A stretch of 64,000 bases of DNA from an uncultured Candidatus Cloacimonadota bacterium (GTDB lineage Bacteria > Cloacimonadota > Cloacimonadia > Cloacimonadales > JAJBBL01). The position numbers were made by a program, and so were the translations under genes. Where the stretch lies: the NCBI GenBank assembly GCA_964490765.1, contig CAZBDV010000001.1:145437-209436 (forward strand), in the 5' to 3' direction. The notes below the pieces were generated by a model. It saw nothing but the letters and a program-made list of their open reading frames with translations. It did not search any database and was not told the DNA's origin. Positions 29,846-40,497 of the stretch are shown one piece after another. How positions within the stretch are numbered: the first letter of the stretch is position 1; each line of letters begins with the position of its first letter.

Positions 29846-30814
29846 ATGGGGTATTTGCAGGAAGAAGTTAAGAGAGAGATGCGGCTCGCAGCTGAAGCAA
29901 TCATAAAAGCTGCAGAACGGATCGACGAAAATATTGAACAAGCGATAGAATTGATCTATAACTGTCGTGGTAAGATCGTAGTAACGGGGATGGGTAAAAC
30001 TGGAATAGTAGGTAGAAAAATTTCGGCAACTTTTGCAAGTACCGGTACGACTTCTATCTTCCTTCATGCTGCGGAAGGTATTCATGGAGACCTTGGCATA
30101 CTGAATAAAGAGGATGTAGTTCTGGCTGTATCATATAGTGGCAATACACAAGAACTGATCTCTCTCATACCGTACTTCAAATTTCTAAAGCTTCCTATCA
30201 TTGCTATCACAGGTAATAAGGAATCACAACTCGCCAGGAATGCAGATGTAGTACTGAATTCAGAAGTTCCCCAAGGTTATGAACCATTTGATCTTATACC
30301 AACTGTTAGCACTACCGTCTCACTCGCCATCGGGGATGCGTTGGCAGTAGCTCTGATTAAAAAGAGGAATTTTCAGATCCGGGATTTTGCCAGATTTCAT
30401 CCAGGAGGTACTATTGGCAAAAAATTACTCCTTACTGTAGGTGATCTGATGCATGGTGGAAAGGAGAATCCAATAGTTCACTGCCAGGCAATAATGAAGA
30501 CGGTTATTCCTTATATGACAGAAATGGGATTGGGCTGCACAAGCGTTGTAGATGATGAAGGTATTCTAATTGGTATCATTACCGATGGTGATCTGAGAAG
30601 ATTGATGTCCAGAGAGGGTGAGATACTCAATCTCTCGGCAGAAGAGGCTATGACGGCCAAACCGAAGTTCTCACAGCGCGAGGCTCTCGCAGTTGAAGCA
30701 CTCAATATGATGGAGGATTTCAAAATCACTATGCTGCCTGTAATTGATTCCATGCTCAAACCAGTTGGTATGCTACATATGCACGATTTGATTCGAGCTG
30801 GTGTTGTTGGATAG
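29846..30814 (+). CDS. kpsF: Arabinose-5-phosphate isomerase (KpsF/GutQ; SIS plus tandem CBS)
   Basis: KIVVTGMGKTGIVGRKISATFASTGT SIS motif. Two CBS domains at the C-terminus. Confidence 0.85.
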   Translation: MGYLQEEVKREMRLAAEAIIKAAERIDENIEQAIELIYNCRGKIVVTGMGKTGIVGRKISATFASTGTTSIFLHAAEGIHGDLGILNKEDVVLAVSYSGNTQELISLIPYFKFLKLPIIAITGNKESQLARNADVVLNSEVPQGYEPFDLIPTVSTTVSLAIGDALAVALIKKRNFQIRDFARFHPGGTIGKKLLLTVGDLMHGGKENPIVHCQAIMKTVIPYMTEMGLGCTSVVDDEGILIGIITDGDLRRLMSREGEILNLSAEEAMTAKPKFSQREALAVEALNMMEDFKITMLPVIDSMLKPVGMLHMHDLIRAGVVG

Positions 30815-30864
30815 TGCAGTTTCTGAGACAAGGAAAAATAAGAAACAAGAACGGGGAGTTATCA

Positions 30865-32751
30865 ATGAAATCGATTTCCATTCTTATACTCTTATTGCTT
30901 ACATTCCCGTTAGCAGCAGAATTGGAGATAACACGCAACAATTCTTACGATCTGATTCCCAACATCGATCATGACCATTACCGTCTCTTTGCCTATGAAT
31001 ATACTGTCTATCAGATTTCTTTACAATTAGCTCCACAGGTGAAGGAGATCATAAAAAAAGAGCCGAGAAAGATTCGCCGTATCATAGATACCGATGAGAT
31101 TGAACTGGTCTATCTTATACCTGAATTGCTGAACTTCTCTGTAACAACTGAGACAATAACAGATAAAAATCTAAATCTTACGATCAAAACTTCGCTTGAT
31201 GAGGAGATGATAGTCAATAAACTATTGATCACTTCTCCCGATAAGAAAGAGAAAGCAATCAACTACCGGGAAAAACAGGCTTCTGAGATGCGTCTTATCA
31301 ACCTGGTAATAAGGGACCTGAGCAGAGAAGAGATATTAATTACTGATGCTGTTGTAACTGAGCTCTACAACCAGATAAGAAGGCTCAATATCAATCACTG
31401 GATACATAAAGGAGATATATCACTTTTAGCAGAAGATTATGAACAGGCCATTCAATACTACAATAAAGCACTGACCATAGATCCTTCCAGAGTGGAAATA
31501 TTTAACAAAAAATATCAGACATATTCTCAGCAGGGTGACAAAGAGAGTGCTATTGAATCGCTGGAAAATCTTCTTAATCTTCAACCTTATAATGTTGATG
31601 CCTTAATGCTTCTGGGAAATATCTGGCAAGAAGAGGGAGAAGTAGAGAAGGCTGTTGTATACTATGAGAGGTTACTCGACCTGGGATTTGAATTCCCGGA
31701 GCTGGCATATTACCTCGCTCAGTATTACAACAATATTGAAGAACACTCAATGGCAAGTGACTATGCACTCAAAGCAGCAACCTGGCTTTCGGATCCTTCA
31801 GATATGGACAGTCAACTTGCAGCACTGATGATAGAATACGGTATGATGAAAGAAGTGCAACCACTTCTCCAGCGTTTGCTCATTGTTGAACCTCGTAATG
31901 CTGCTCTATATCAACTACTCGGTGATATAGCCTATGATGATGATAATTACGCTCAAGCTCGTATATTCTACGAGCAATCGATTAAACTGTGGCCGAGAGA
32001 CTATAAAACGTTGCTCCATCTCGGCAATTGCAACATCAATCTTGAAGACTATCATGCAGCCAGTGAGTACTATACCAGAGCTGTAGCTATTGATGACAGT
32101 GACAGCATAAGTCTTTATAATCTCGGTAATGCACTCTTTTATCTCGAAAGATACAGTGAAGCTGCCGATTGCTATCATAGAGCGATTATGTTAGGTCTCC
32201 TGACTCCTGAAATCTTTTTCAATATCGGAAACGCTCATTTCATGGAAGGTCAGTACGAGCAGAGTATAGATTTTTTCAAAACAGCCATTGAGGAGAAACC
32301 CGACTATGTAGCAGCTATGTTTAATCTCGGAAACGCTTATGAAAAGGTGGAAGAGAGGGAGAAGGCATTATCAGAGTATCACAAGATCATTGAAATAGAG
32401 CCGGACTTCTATCAGGCATATTACAATATTGCTAATTATTATAAGCTCGAAGGAAAGCTTGATACTGCCATAGATTTTTATTTGCAATCTATAGAGATCA
32501 ATGATGAAGATGACTATTCTTACTCCAATATGGGTGATTGCTATCGTATGCTCGGGTTCTATGAAGAGGCTGAAGCAGCTTATCTGAGGGCTATTAAACT
32601 CGATCCTGAAAATCCCATACCCTATAATAACCTATCTCTAACCTATTATCTGCAGGAGAACTATATTGAAAGCCTGCAATATCTCCGTATAGCTGCCAGA
32701 TTGGGTCATTATAACGCGAAAAACATCCTGAAAGAGTTTAAGAACGACTAA
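30865..32751 (+). CDS. Secreted tetratricopeptide-repeat protein
   Basis: Signal peptide MKSISILILLLLTFPLAAE after SD GGGGAG. Many 34-aa TPR units (..A..Y.KAL.IDP..). Confidence 0.7.
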   Translation: MKSISILILLLLTFPLAAELEITRNNSYDLIPNIDHDHYRLFAYEYTVYQISLQLAPQVKEIIKKEPRKIRRIIDTDEIELVYLIPELLNFSVTTETITDKNLNLTIKTSLDEEMIVNKLLITSPDKKEKAINYREKQASEMRLINLVIRDLSREEILITDAVVTELYNQIRRLNINHWIHKGDISLLAEDYEQAIQYYNKALTIDPSRVEIFNKKYQTYSQQGDKESAIESLENLLNLQPYNVDALMLLGNIWQEEGEVEKAVVYYERLLDLGFEFPELAYYLAQYYNNIEEHSMASDYALKAATWLSDPSDMDSQLAALMIEYGMMKEVQPLLQRLLIVEPRNAALYQLLGDIAYDDDNYAQARIFYEQSIKLWPRDYKTLLHLGNCNINLEDYHAASEYYTRAVAIDDSDSISLYNLGNALFYLERYSEAADCYHRAIMLGLLTPEIFFNIGNAHFMEGQYEQSIDFFKTAIEEKPDYVAAMFNLGNAYEKVEEREKALSEYHKIIEIEPDFYQAYYNIANYYKLEGKLDTAIDFYLQSIEINDEDDYSYSNMGDCYRMLGFYEEAEAAYLRAIKLDPENPIPYNNLSLTYYLQENYIESLQYLRIAARLGHYNAKNILKEFKND

Positions 32752-32766
32752 TCCCGGTTATAAAAT

Positions 32767-33558
32767 TCAATCCCTCAATCTAAACATCTCCCAGTTCCCT
32801 GCAACTCTTCTGGCCAGATAAGAGAAACCGCAGGAGATAAGTTGTTCAACGCCCCTGTCATAATCTAAGTCAAAATGGTCTATCTTGTGTGAATCCGAAC
32901 CAATTACTATCAATTCCCCACCCATTTCACGGTATAGCCTCAGGTATACATCTGAAGGAATAAGCGTGCTAAGATAGTTTCTTAAACCAGACAGATTGAT
33001 TTCCAGGGCAATGCCTTTATCTATGATAGTTCTGAATATATCTTGTATTATCCCTGTTACTTTACTTTCATCAGGTTCTTCTTGAAAATAGCGCTTATAG
33101 ATGCCGAGGTGACCTAGGATATCGAATCCACCCTTTCTGGTTAAAGCAAGGTTTTCCAGATAGTAATCCTCAATAGCGGATTCTGTCATCTTCCCTATTG
33201 ATGTTTCGGAAACATTGCTACCGTCAGGAAGAACGTGTATTGAAGCAATTCGAATGTCGGGTGGAGTGGAGTGTTTCAGAACCTCTTCCACGAAGTCCGA
33301 ACACCGGTGATACTCTCCAAGTTCTACCCCTTTTAATATACTCAGTTCCGGAAATTCCTCTCTTATTTTTTCAATAGTACGGGAGTATTTTACATAAGAT
33401 GGAGTTCCATAGAATGCCAGCTCCGAAGGAAGGAAATCAAAATGGTCTGTAAAGGCAATCTCTTTGTATCCTTTTGTTACTGCTTTACAGATAAGAGTTC
33501 GCATATCAAGTCTGCTGTCAGCACTAAATTCACTATGTATATGGTAATCTATCTTCAT
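32767..33558 (-). CDS. PHP-domain phosphoesterase (HisJ-family histidinol-phosphatase-like)
   Basis: MKIDYHIHSEFSADS metal-binding N-terminus. Later H/D motifs (FTDH, GSDSH). Confidence 0.7.
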   Translation of the reverse strand: MKIDYHIHSEFSADSRLDMRTLICKAVTKGYKEIAFTDHFDFLPSELAFYGTPSYVKYSRTIEKIREEFPELSILKGVELGEYHRCSDFVEEVLKHSTPPDIRIASIHVLPDGSNVSETSIGKMTESAIEDYYLENLALTRKGGFDILGHLGIYKRYFQEEPDESKVTGIIQDIFRTIIDKGIALEINLSGLRNYLSTLIPSDVYLRLYREMGGELIVIGSDSHKIDHFDLDYDRGVEQLISCGFSYLARRVAGNWEMFRLRD

Positions 33559-36035
33559 GTTTTTTCGAGTGTCCTGAGTGTCTGTTCGAGTAGTTGCCTG
33601 ATCTCTATTATCTGATAGAGCAAAGCCGTATCATCCTTTATCGATTGTTTCATCCTTTCACTGTAGTTATCTAGAGTGAACTGCTCTGTTCTGCTCGCCT
33701 CAGGATAATAATCCTGCAGGTAATGAAAAGCAAAGATATCCAATTCCAGCTCCATCAGAATCTCCAGCAAATTCCTTATGACCTCGAATCTCTTTGAGAA
33801 GTCGGGATAATCGTGATATAGAATCAACAGCGTCCTGATCGATTCGGTATATTGATCAAGAGAATAGTAAGCTAGATTGGAGAGAAAGAGAGCATCTTCA
33901 TGATATTTACTGTTACCAGTGGCCAGAATCAGTTCGATATAGGATAAGGCTTCTTCATACTGCTTCTGATATATGCTGTTGACTGCGAGCTGGTAATAAA
34001 GCTTATCTTTTTCTGATCTTTGATCAAGCTCCAATAACATATGATAGATCTCATTTGCCTGATTATAGAGGAATGCCCGCTCGTAGACTATTGCCAGTAC
34101 GCTCAAATAGTCGAAACCAATCTCTTCATCATCAGTAACATCGATCAGGTCAACCAGAAAATCGATCGACTTTCTTGGTTCCTGGTTGACCAGAATACTC
34201 TCAATCTGTTGCAGGGCATTCCGTTTAATGCTGGCATTATCGCTATTCTGATGTAGACTAAGAAAGATATTCAAAGCCCTTTCTGAATTTCGTAATTCCT
34301 TATATGCCATAGCAGAGTAGTAATGCAACGAATCACGGTTATCTTCTGGAGAGAGGCTATCCAGAAAACTATCTATAAAATTTATCGTTCTATAATACTG
34401 GTTCTGATTGAGATAGAATTTCGCCAGGTCGTGTGCCAGTTGTTTATTATATCTATTATCCGGATACTTTTCTAAGTATGAGAGAACAAACTCTTCAGAA
34501 TCACGATATTCACCCAGTGCGAATCGAAGTTTCTCAAGTTTAAGGATAGTATTATGGTCTTTCTTATATTCCAGCGCTTCTTCAAAATATTGGATTGCTT
34601 TTTCCTTTTCATCCTCTTCAAGATGATACTCACCAAGTAGGTTTAGCATAGCAAACCTCTCCTGAGAAGAAAATTCATTTCCGTATTTCTCATAAAACGC
34701 TTCATAAGCAGGAAAATCCTCCGTATTCTCCAGTGTTGTGAAATAACTGCGGATAAACTGATGATCATTCTGAGGAATTGAATATCTCTGGAGGTAGTAA
34801 TCAAAATAATACCTGGCAGAATGATAGTTTTCAGTATGTGTATAAAGCTTGGAGAGGTTAATTGCAGCTAATGAATCATATAGACTTTTTGCGGGTTCCA
34901 GGTTCTTTATCCAGTAATACGCTGTACTGTTATAACGGTAATAGCCCATGAAACAATAGCCTATTGCATGATTGGCGTATTCTTCATCGATTTCTTCAAA
35001 GGATAGATACTTACGGAATTTCGTTTCTGCTTCCCTGAACTGATTTGAGTAATAGAGGATTTCTCCGGAAACCAGGTTTAAAAGAGGGTAACGGGCAAAT
35101 TCTTCATCTGTCAGGGAAGTCATAATCGTTTGGGCTGTTTTATAATGACCAGATTCCCAGGCAATGAAGAGATCAATGTAAGTTCTGATCTCCTCATCTT
35201 CAAATAGCAAAGCCAATCTGCTTGCTTCATCGATCATGTTCTGTTCTAAAAGAGTGATTATGAAATTGCTCTTTGCTGTATCTGTAAGACTTTGAGTACT
35301 GTCAGGTATCATTTCCGGAGCTTGTAAGATGTATGATATGAGAGATAGATATTCATAAGCAACTTCCTGGTAAAGCTGGGTTCCGGAAGCAAGAACATTT
35401 TCCATAAAGGATCCTGCTATGCTGTATCGTTCGAGATTGAAGTATGCTACACCGAGTATGAAATTTTTCTCTCCTTCATTATAGATTTCATTGGGGAAGA
35501 CATCTGTGAGATCAACAACCTGCTGATAGTTTTCACTACGTAATAACGCATATAACGTTTTCTTATAGATGTCGTGAATCGAATCAGGGTAAAATCTCCT
35601 CTGAAGCTCTATGAAGTCAGTAATCTTATCATAACGGTCTTCATTGATGGCGGATATAATATAATACTCGATCAGTTCATCAAACAGCTTAATAGCCATT
35701 CTGCCCGGCAGGTTGTCAATATATGTAAACACTTCAGAATAAAAACCGGATAAGAATAATAATTCTGTATGCAGAAGGAGATACTCTTCCTGGCTGTAAG
35801 GATTGTTGATCCTGTTTAGAAGCTTGAGAGCCTCTTCAAACTCATTTTCATCTCTGAGCAGGAGTGCCTCTCGATATATATCCCGGTCTATGTCGGACAG
35901 ACGGGTATCATATGAGTACCTTATCACAAGATCTTCAGATAAACTGGAGCACACAGAGATTAAATATATCGGTGACAGTATAATCACTCCGGTTATAACA
36001 ACCGCAAGAAACGATCTGCCAATATTTGTTCTCAT
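33555..36035 (-). CDS. Large membrane-anchored TPR-like repeat protein, uncharacterised
   Basis: 826 aa. N-terminal TM helix. Helical-repeat composition rich in Y, E and L. 4-nt overlap with the downstream PHP gene. Confidence 0.6.
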   Translation of the reverse strand: MRTNIGRSFLAVVITGVIILSPIYLISVCSSLSEDLVIRYSYDTRLSDIDRDIYREALLLRDENEFEEALKLLNRINNPYSQEEYLLLHTELLFLSGFYSEVFTYIDNLPGRMAIKLFDELIEYYIISAINEDRYDKITDFIELQRRFYPDSIHDIYKKTLYALLRSENYQQVVDLTDVFPNEIYNEGEKNFILGVAYFNLERYSIAGSFMENVLASGTQLYQEVAYEYLSLISYILQAPEMIPDSTQSLTDTAKSNFIITLLEQNMIDEASRLALLFEDEEIRTYIDLFIAWESGHYKTAQTIMTSLTDEEFARYPLLNLVSGEILYYSNQFREAETKFRKYLSFEEIDEEYANHAIGYCFMGYYRYNSTAYYWIKNLEPAKSLYDSLAAINLSKLYTHTENYHSARYYFDYYLQRYSIPQNDHQFIRSYFTTLENTEDFPAYEAFYEKYGNEFSSQERFAMLNLLGEYHLEEDEKEKAIQYFEEALEYKKDHNTILKLEKLRFALGEYRDSEEFVLSYLEKYPDNRYNKQLAHDLAKFYLNQNQYYRTINFIDSFLDSLSPEDNRDSLHYYSAMAYKELRNSERALNIFLSLHQNSDNASIKRNALQQIESILVNQEPRKSIDFLVDLIDVTDDEEIGFDYLSVLAIVYERAFLYNQANEIYHMLLELDQRSEKDKLYYQLAVNSIYQKQYEEALSYIELILATGNSKYHEDALFLSNLAYYSLDQYTESIRTLLILYHDYPDFSKRFEVIRNLLEILMELELDIFAFHYLQDYYPEASRTEQFTLDNYSERMKQSIKDDTALLYQIIEIRQLLEQTLRTLEKT

Positions 36036-36188
36036 CTGACTATCCGGTATATTTTTTAAAATCCTCTTCTGACCGGGATACTGGTTCTATTAAATTCTCG
36101 CTGTACTTATCTTTCTACTGCTAAACAGATGACACCAGAATTACCGGCATAGAGCATTCAACTTTATTATTTTTGATAAATCGCTAAG

Positions 36189-36986
36189 TCAAGAAATTCT
36201 TCTTTGACCAGAGGGATTAGGGATCTTATCTGCAGCAAAGAGTGCTGCCCCCAGGGCTCCTGTATAGAGCGGATCTGCAGGAATGATAATATCCAGTTGC
36301 AACTCATCTGCCAGCGCCTGACGTATTGCAGGATTTAGTGCCACTCCTCCAGTCAGAGCAACAGGAGGTTTCCAACTAATCATAGAGAGTAGATTCCTGA
36401 TCCTCTGGGCTATTGAACGGTGAACACCCATAATGATATCTTCTCTGCTGACTTTCTTATTAATCAGGGAAATAATCTCTGATTCAGCAAAAACGACACA
36501 GGTACTCGTTATCTCGACTCTCTTTTCTGAAAGCAACCCGAGTTCACCAAGAGAATCAATCTTTAACTGAAAGAGTTCAGCTATCTTTTCCAGAAAACAT
36601 CCTGTTCCGGCAGCACATTTATCATTCATGGCAAACTCCAAAGCGCTTCCTGTATCATTGAGTGAGATCACTTTGGAGTCCTGCCCACCAATATCAATCA
36701 AAGTTGCAGCTTGAGGCAAGAAAGTCTTTACACCCCTGGCGTGACAGCTGATCTCAGATATGTAGTTGACATTCAACAATTTTCTCCCATAACCCGTAGC
36801 ACATATTGTCACCCTATCTTTTGTGAGATTATGTGAGTCAAGAGTAATATCAAGCAGCTTTTCTCCATTTTCTTGGGGAGTAGTTCCACTATCAAGCTGA
36901 ATCTTATAGACGATTCTACTCTCTTCCCGATTCCAGAGAATAAGTTTGCAGTTTCTTGACCCGATATCGATTCCGACAGAAAACAT
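36189..36986 (-). CDS. BadF/BadG/BcrA/BcrD-type ATPase (2-hydroxyacyl-CoA dehydratase activase-like, HgdC family)
   Basis: GIDIGSRNCK, DIGGQDSKVI, CAAGTGCFLE and LTGGVA motifs. Start placed at the ATG giving MFSVGIDIGS. Confidence 0.75.
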   Translation of the reverse strand: MFSVGIDIGSRNCKLILWNREESRIVYKIQLDSGTTPQENGEKLLDITLDSHNLTKDRVTICATGYGRKLLNVNYISEISCHARGVKTFLPQAATLIDIGGQDSKVISLNDTGSALEFAMNDKCAAGTGCFLEKIAELFQLKIDSLGELGLLSEKRVEITSTCVVFAESEIISLINKKVSREDIIMGVHRSIAQRIRNLLSMISWKPPVALTGGVALNPAIRQALADELQLDIIIPADPLYTGALGAALFAADKIPNPSGQRRIS

Positions 36987-37034
36987 ATATTTGACTCTAC
37001 CAGTATCTACAAAGTAATCGGCGCATAGTATCAC

Positions 37035-39608
37035 CTACTCCAGCACATGGACATAGAGAGAATCAGCCCTAAAATACTCATTTGCTATGTCCTGCAGATC
37101 GTTGACTCTGACCTTCTGCAGTCTCTTCTCCCTGTTAACATAAAAGTCGTACCCGTAACCGAGAACATCTAGCATTGCTATAGCTGACGACTGTCCCAGG
37201 ACACTCTCTTCTGCTCTCAATCTCTGCCCTCTGATCGTATTCTTGGCTATTTCCAGCTCTGATTCAGTGACACCTCTCTTCTTTATATCTTCCAATATAC
37301 CGGTAATCAGTTTCTGGGTCGCGTTACTATATCTTTTATCAACCATAGCACTTGCAACAAAAACCCCACTCTCTTTCAGCGAGATAAAATCAAATCCAAC
37401 ACTGTAAGCCCAGCCCCGCTTCTCTCGTAATTCTTCACAGAGACGTGAACTCATATCACCACCAATAACGTAGGCTAAAAGATGAAAAGCAGTATTCTTC
37501 TCAATCTCTTTCGAGGAGCAGCCGAAACCACCGACATGGATAATTGCTTGCTGATTATGAGCCAATCTGTTTTTTCTCATCAAGTTGCCCGGATTGATTA
37601 TCATCTTCTGCGGCTGTTTTTCTGTAATCGTTTGCCCGTTGTTGAATATCCTTTCGCAATTGAAGAGTGTATCCTCGAAATCAAAATCACCAACGATAGA
37701 GAGAGACATGTCGGTAAGATTATAATATTCTTTAAACCAGTTAACTACCTGCTTGCGAGAAATTTTGCGCAGAGTAGTCTTCGTTCCCTCTTTTTCCAAT
37801 AGATTGCTGTCTCGGCCAAATATCTGTCGTTTCCAGAGATGAGCAGCATAGTATCCGGGGAAATCTTTTGCCCTGTCCAGATTACTGAGTAGCGTTTTCT
37901 GGATGTTATAAAAATGTTCTGCTGGAAAGAGCGGAAATCTGATCACATCGCCAAGAAGTTCCAGACTGGTAGCAAACATCTCTGAAAAACACTTGATCTT
38001 GACCAGGGTAACCTCTTCCTGAGCTGATACGTCGAGTTGTATCCCATGTCTGGAGCAGTATTCCAGCAGTTGATCGTAGCTGTTCTTCTCATTACCATAG
38101 AGCAGTAAGATAGAGGTGAGGAGATTTATACCCCTCTGACCGGTCTTTTCATTGAGTTGAGAAACGGGGAAAGCTGCAGTAATCCCGATAGTGGGCCTTC
38201 CGATAACCCTTTTCATCATAACCCTGGTACCACTCATCAGGTTAGACTCGTAAAACTCACCTCTGGTCGCCCCGTTTGCGATCTTCTTTATCTGAAGTTT
38301 TCTGACCTTATCCCTGATTCTTTTCTTGCAGTCAAAACTCTTACCCAGATGAAATATCCCGAGTTGTTCAAAACTGTAAAATCGCTTCAGAGTACTCAGC
38401 AACGATTTTTCTGAGATTCTACGTATAATCTTCGGATAGTCGATAAATAGCTTATAGTTACCTAACAACTCTTCTGTTCCGAGACTCATTCCGAGATACT
38501 GCATATATTCAAAAGAGTAACGATGTGAGTGAAGCAGTTCAGTTCGGGCCTGGTCTATTTCATCAATACTGAATCCGAAATGCCTAATTTTGTTGTATTC
38601 TTCAAGAAAGATATCGACTATTCTCTCGACGTATGAATTATCTTTCGGAATTATCAATATTATCGAAATACCGTCGTAGATACCGGTAAAAGACTCAACC
38701 CTTATCTGATCAACTAGCTTTTCTTTCACAAAGAGCCTTCTGTATAACCTCGATTTCTTTCCCACAGCAAATATCCTGGTTATCAACCCGAGAGTATGTG
38801 ACTCTGGTTTTGTATCAGAAAGTTCGGGAATCGTGAATCCGAGTAAGGATTTACCAATATTCTTCTGCATGGCATCTATGGTGAATTTTTGGGGATATAG
38901 AGTCTTCGATGGTTTGAAACTATCAAGATTGGACCTTAGAGCTTTCCTGTCACTCGTCTTCCAATCAGCAAAATAGTGGCTTATCTCTTCGATGAATTCA
39001 CCCTTATCAAAATCTCCATTTACGATTAGGAAGCAATTTTCTGGCCTGTAGTATTTTCTGTAAAAGCTCCTTAATTTGTCAGCTGTTGCCTCTGACAGAG
39101 ATTTTTTGCTGCCGATAATCGGCTTCTTATACGGGCTCTCCTCAAAGTAGAGATTGGGTATCTTCTCCAGAAAAAAGTCTTCTGGGTCGTTCTCATACTG
39201 ATTCAACTCCTCCAGAACTACTCCCTTCTCATAAGCAAAATCGAGATCCGAAAAATTGGCATTCCTGGCCATTTCACTCAGAATTTCCAGCCCTTCTTTG
39301 CCAAATCTGGAAGAGAGAGTAAGATAATAACAGGTGGAGTCGAATTCCGTATAAGCATTAATATTGCTTCCTAGATAGGAAGCCCGGAGAGTAAGCTGAT
39401 TGGCGGGAAATCTCTCCGTCGATTTGAAGACAAGATGCTCCATCAGATGTGAATATCCTGCCTCATCTTCTGCTTCCCAGCAGGAACCAATCCTGACAAA
39501 CAGTTGTAGAGATATCACCTTATGTGCGTGATGCGGTGTCAGAATCACCTTGAATCCGTTATCGAGTATAACGGAATCTATCTTTTTTACAATCTTCTCT
39601 TCCTGCAT
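37035..39608 (-). CDS. M16 (pitrilysin/insulinase) family zinc peptidase, fused double-length form
   Basis: Inverted zinc motif HLMEH in GYSHLMEHLVFKST. 857 aa with a second M16-like half. Confidence 0.8.
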   Translation of the reverse strand: MQEEKIVKKIDSVILDNGFKVILTPHHAHKVISLQLFVRIGSCWEAEDEAGYSHLMEHLVFKSTERFPANQLTLRASYLGSNINAYTEFDSTCYYLTLSSRFGKEGLEILSEMARNANFSDLDFAYEKGVVLEELNQYENDPEDFFLEKIPNLYFEESPYKKPIIGSKKSLSEATADKLRSFYRKYYRPENCFLIVNGDFDKGEFIEEISHYFADWKTSDRKALRSNLDSFKPSKTLYPQKFTIDAMQKNIGKSLLGFTIPELSDTKPESHTLGLITRIFAVGKKSRLYRRLFVKEKLVDQIRVESFTGIYDGISIILIIPKDNSYVERIVDIFLEEYNKIRHFGFSIDEIDQARTELLHSHRYSFEYMQYLGMSLGTEELLGNYKLFIDYPKIIRRISEKSLLSTLKRFYSFEQLGIFHLGKSFDCKKRIRDKVRKLQIKKIANGATRGEFYESNLMSGTRVMMKRVIGRPTIGITAAFPVSQLNEKTGQRGINLLTSILLLYGNEKNSYDQLLEYCSRHGIQLDVSAQEEVTLVKIKCFSEMFATSLELLGDVIRFPLFPAEHFYNIQKTLLSNLDRAKDFPGYYAAHLWKRQIFGRDSNLLEKEGTKTTLRKISRKQVVNWFKEYYNLTDMSLSIVGDFDFEDTLFNCERIFNNGQTITEKQPQKMIINPGNLMRKNRLAHNQQAIIHVGGFGCSSKEIEKNTAFHLLAYVIGGDMSSRLCEELREKRGWAYSVGFDFISLKESGVFVASAMVDKRYSNATQKLITGILEDIKKRGVTESELEIAKNTIRGQRLRAEESVLGQSSAIAMLDVLGYGYDFYVNREKRLQKVRVNDLQDIANEYFRADSLYVHVLE

Positions 39609-39679
39609 ATAATTAACTTCTACCTTCTTCTTCTGTAATCTTTTCTTTCAAGATAAAAAAATTTGTAAATCTCTCTCCC

Positions 39680-40462
39680 CTATTCACTACCCTTTTGCCA
39701 TTCCAGATAGGCATAGGCATTATGGTTGTGAATGGATTCGTAGTTTTCCGAAGATATCTGGAACCCGGTTACTCTCTGATCTTTCTTCAAAAGGATCGCC
39801 AGGTCACGAACTATATCCTCGACAAATTGGGGTTTCTCGTAACCCTGCTCTGTAACGAATTTCTCATCTTCACGCTTGAGCAAGGAGTAAACCTCGGAAC
39901 TGGCAACCGACTCAACATACTCAATGATCTCTTCGAGCCAGATAAAATCATTGTAACCGAGCAATACGGTTACAATAGAACGCTGGTTATGTGCTCCATA
40001 CTTACTGATCTCTTTCGAACAGGGACAGACTGTGGTAATTGGAACCTCAACCCCTATATTGAGTTCATAGTCTTCACAAAGAGAAGCGATGCAGACGCAA
40101 TCGTAACTCAACATAGAGGGAATGCCGGAAACCGGTGCTTTCTTTTCCATAAAGTAAGGAAACTTCAGTTTGATATAAGCTCTGTCTGCTTCTAATCTAT
40201 CTTTTATACTTTCCAACATCCTGGGTAGATTCTCTATCAGATCCTCCTGATGATAACTGTTAAGTACCTCAATGAACCTGCTCATATGTGTTCCTCTGTA
40301 ATAATGAGGTAACTCCACGAAAAAATCTATTTCTGCTATCGTCTTCTGCAATCCCTGAGTTCTGTCCTGCACAACAATCGGATATTTGAGATTCTTTACT
40401 CCGACCTTATCTATTGTCTCCTGCCGCGTATCTTTAGATCCCTGTATGTCTTTTCCGAGCAT
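39680..40462 (-). CDS. folE2: GTP cyclohydrolase I type 2 (FolE2/MptA family)
   Basis: VGVKNLKYPIVV, GTHMSRFIE, CPCSKEIS..GAHNQRS. Confidence 0.85.
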   Translation of the reverse strand: MLGKDIQGSKDTRQETIDKVGVKNLKYPIVVQDRTQGLQKTIAEIDFFVELPHYYRGTHMSRFIEVLNSYHQEDLIENLPRMLESIKDRLEADRAYIKLKFPYFMEKKAPVSGIPSMLSYDCVCIASLCEDYELNIGVEVPITTVCPCSKEISKYGAHNQRSIVTVLLGYNDFIWLEEIIEYVESVASSEVYSLLKREDEKFVTEQGYEKPQFVEDIVRDLAILLKKDQRVTGFQISSENYESIHNHNAYAYLEWQKGSE

Positions 40463-40497
40463 TTTACTGTTCCTCTAATTCTGATAAATTTGCCTGC

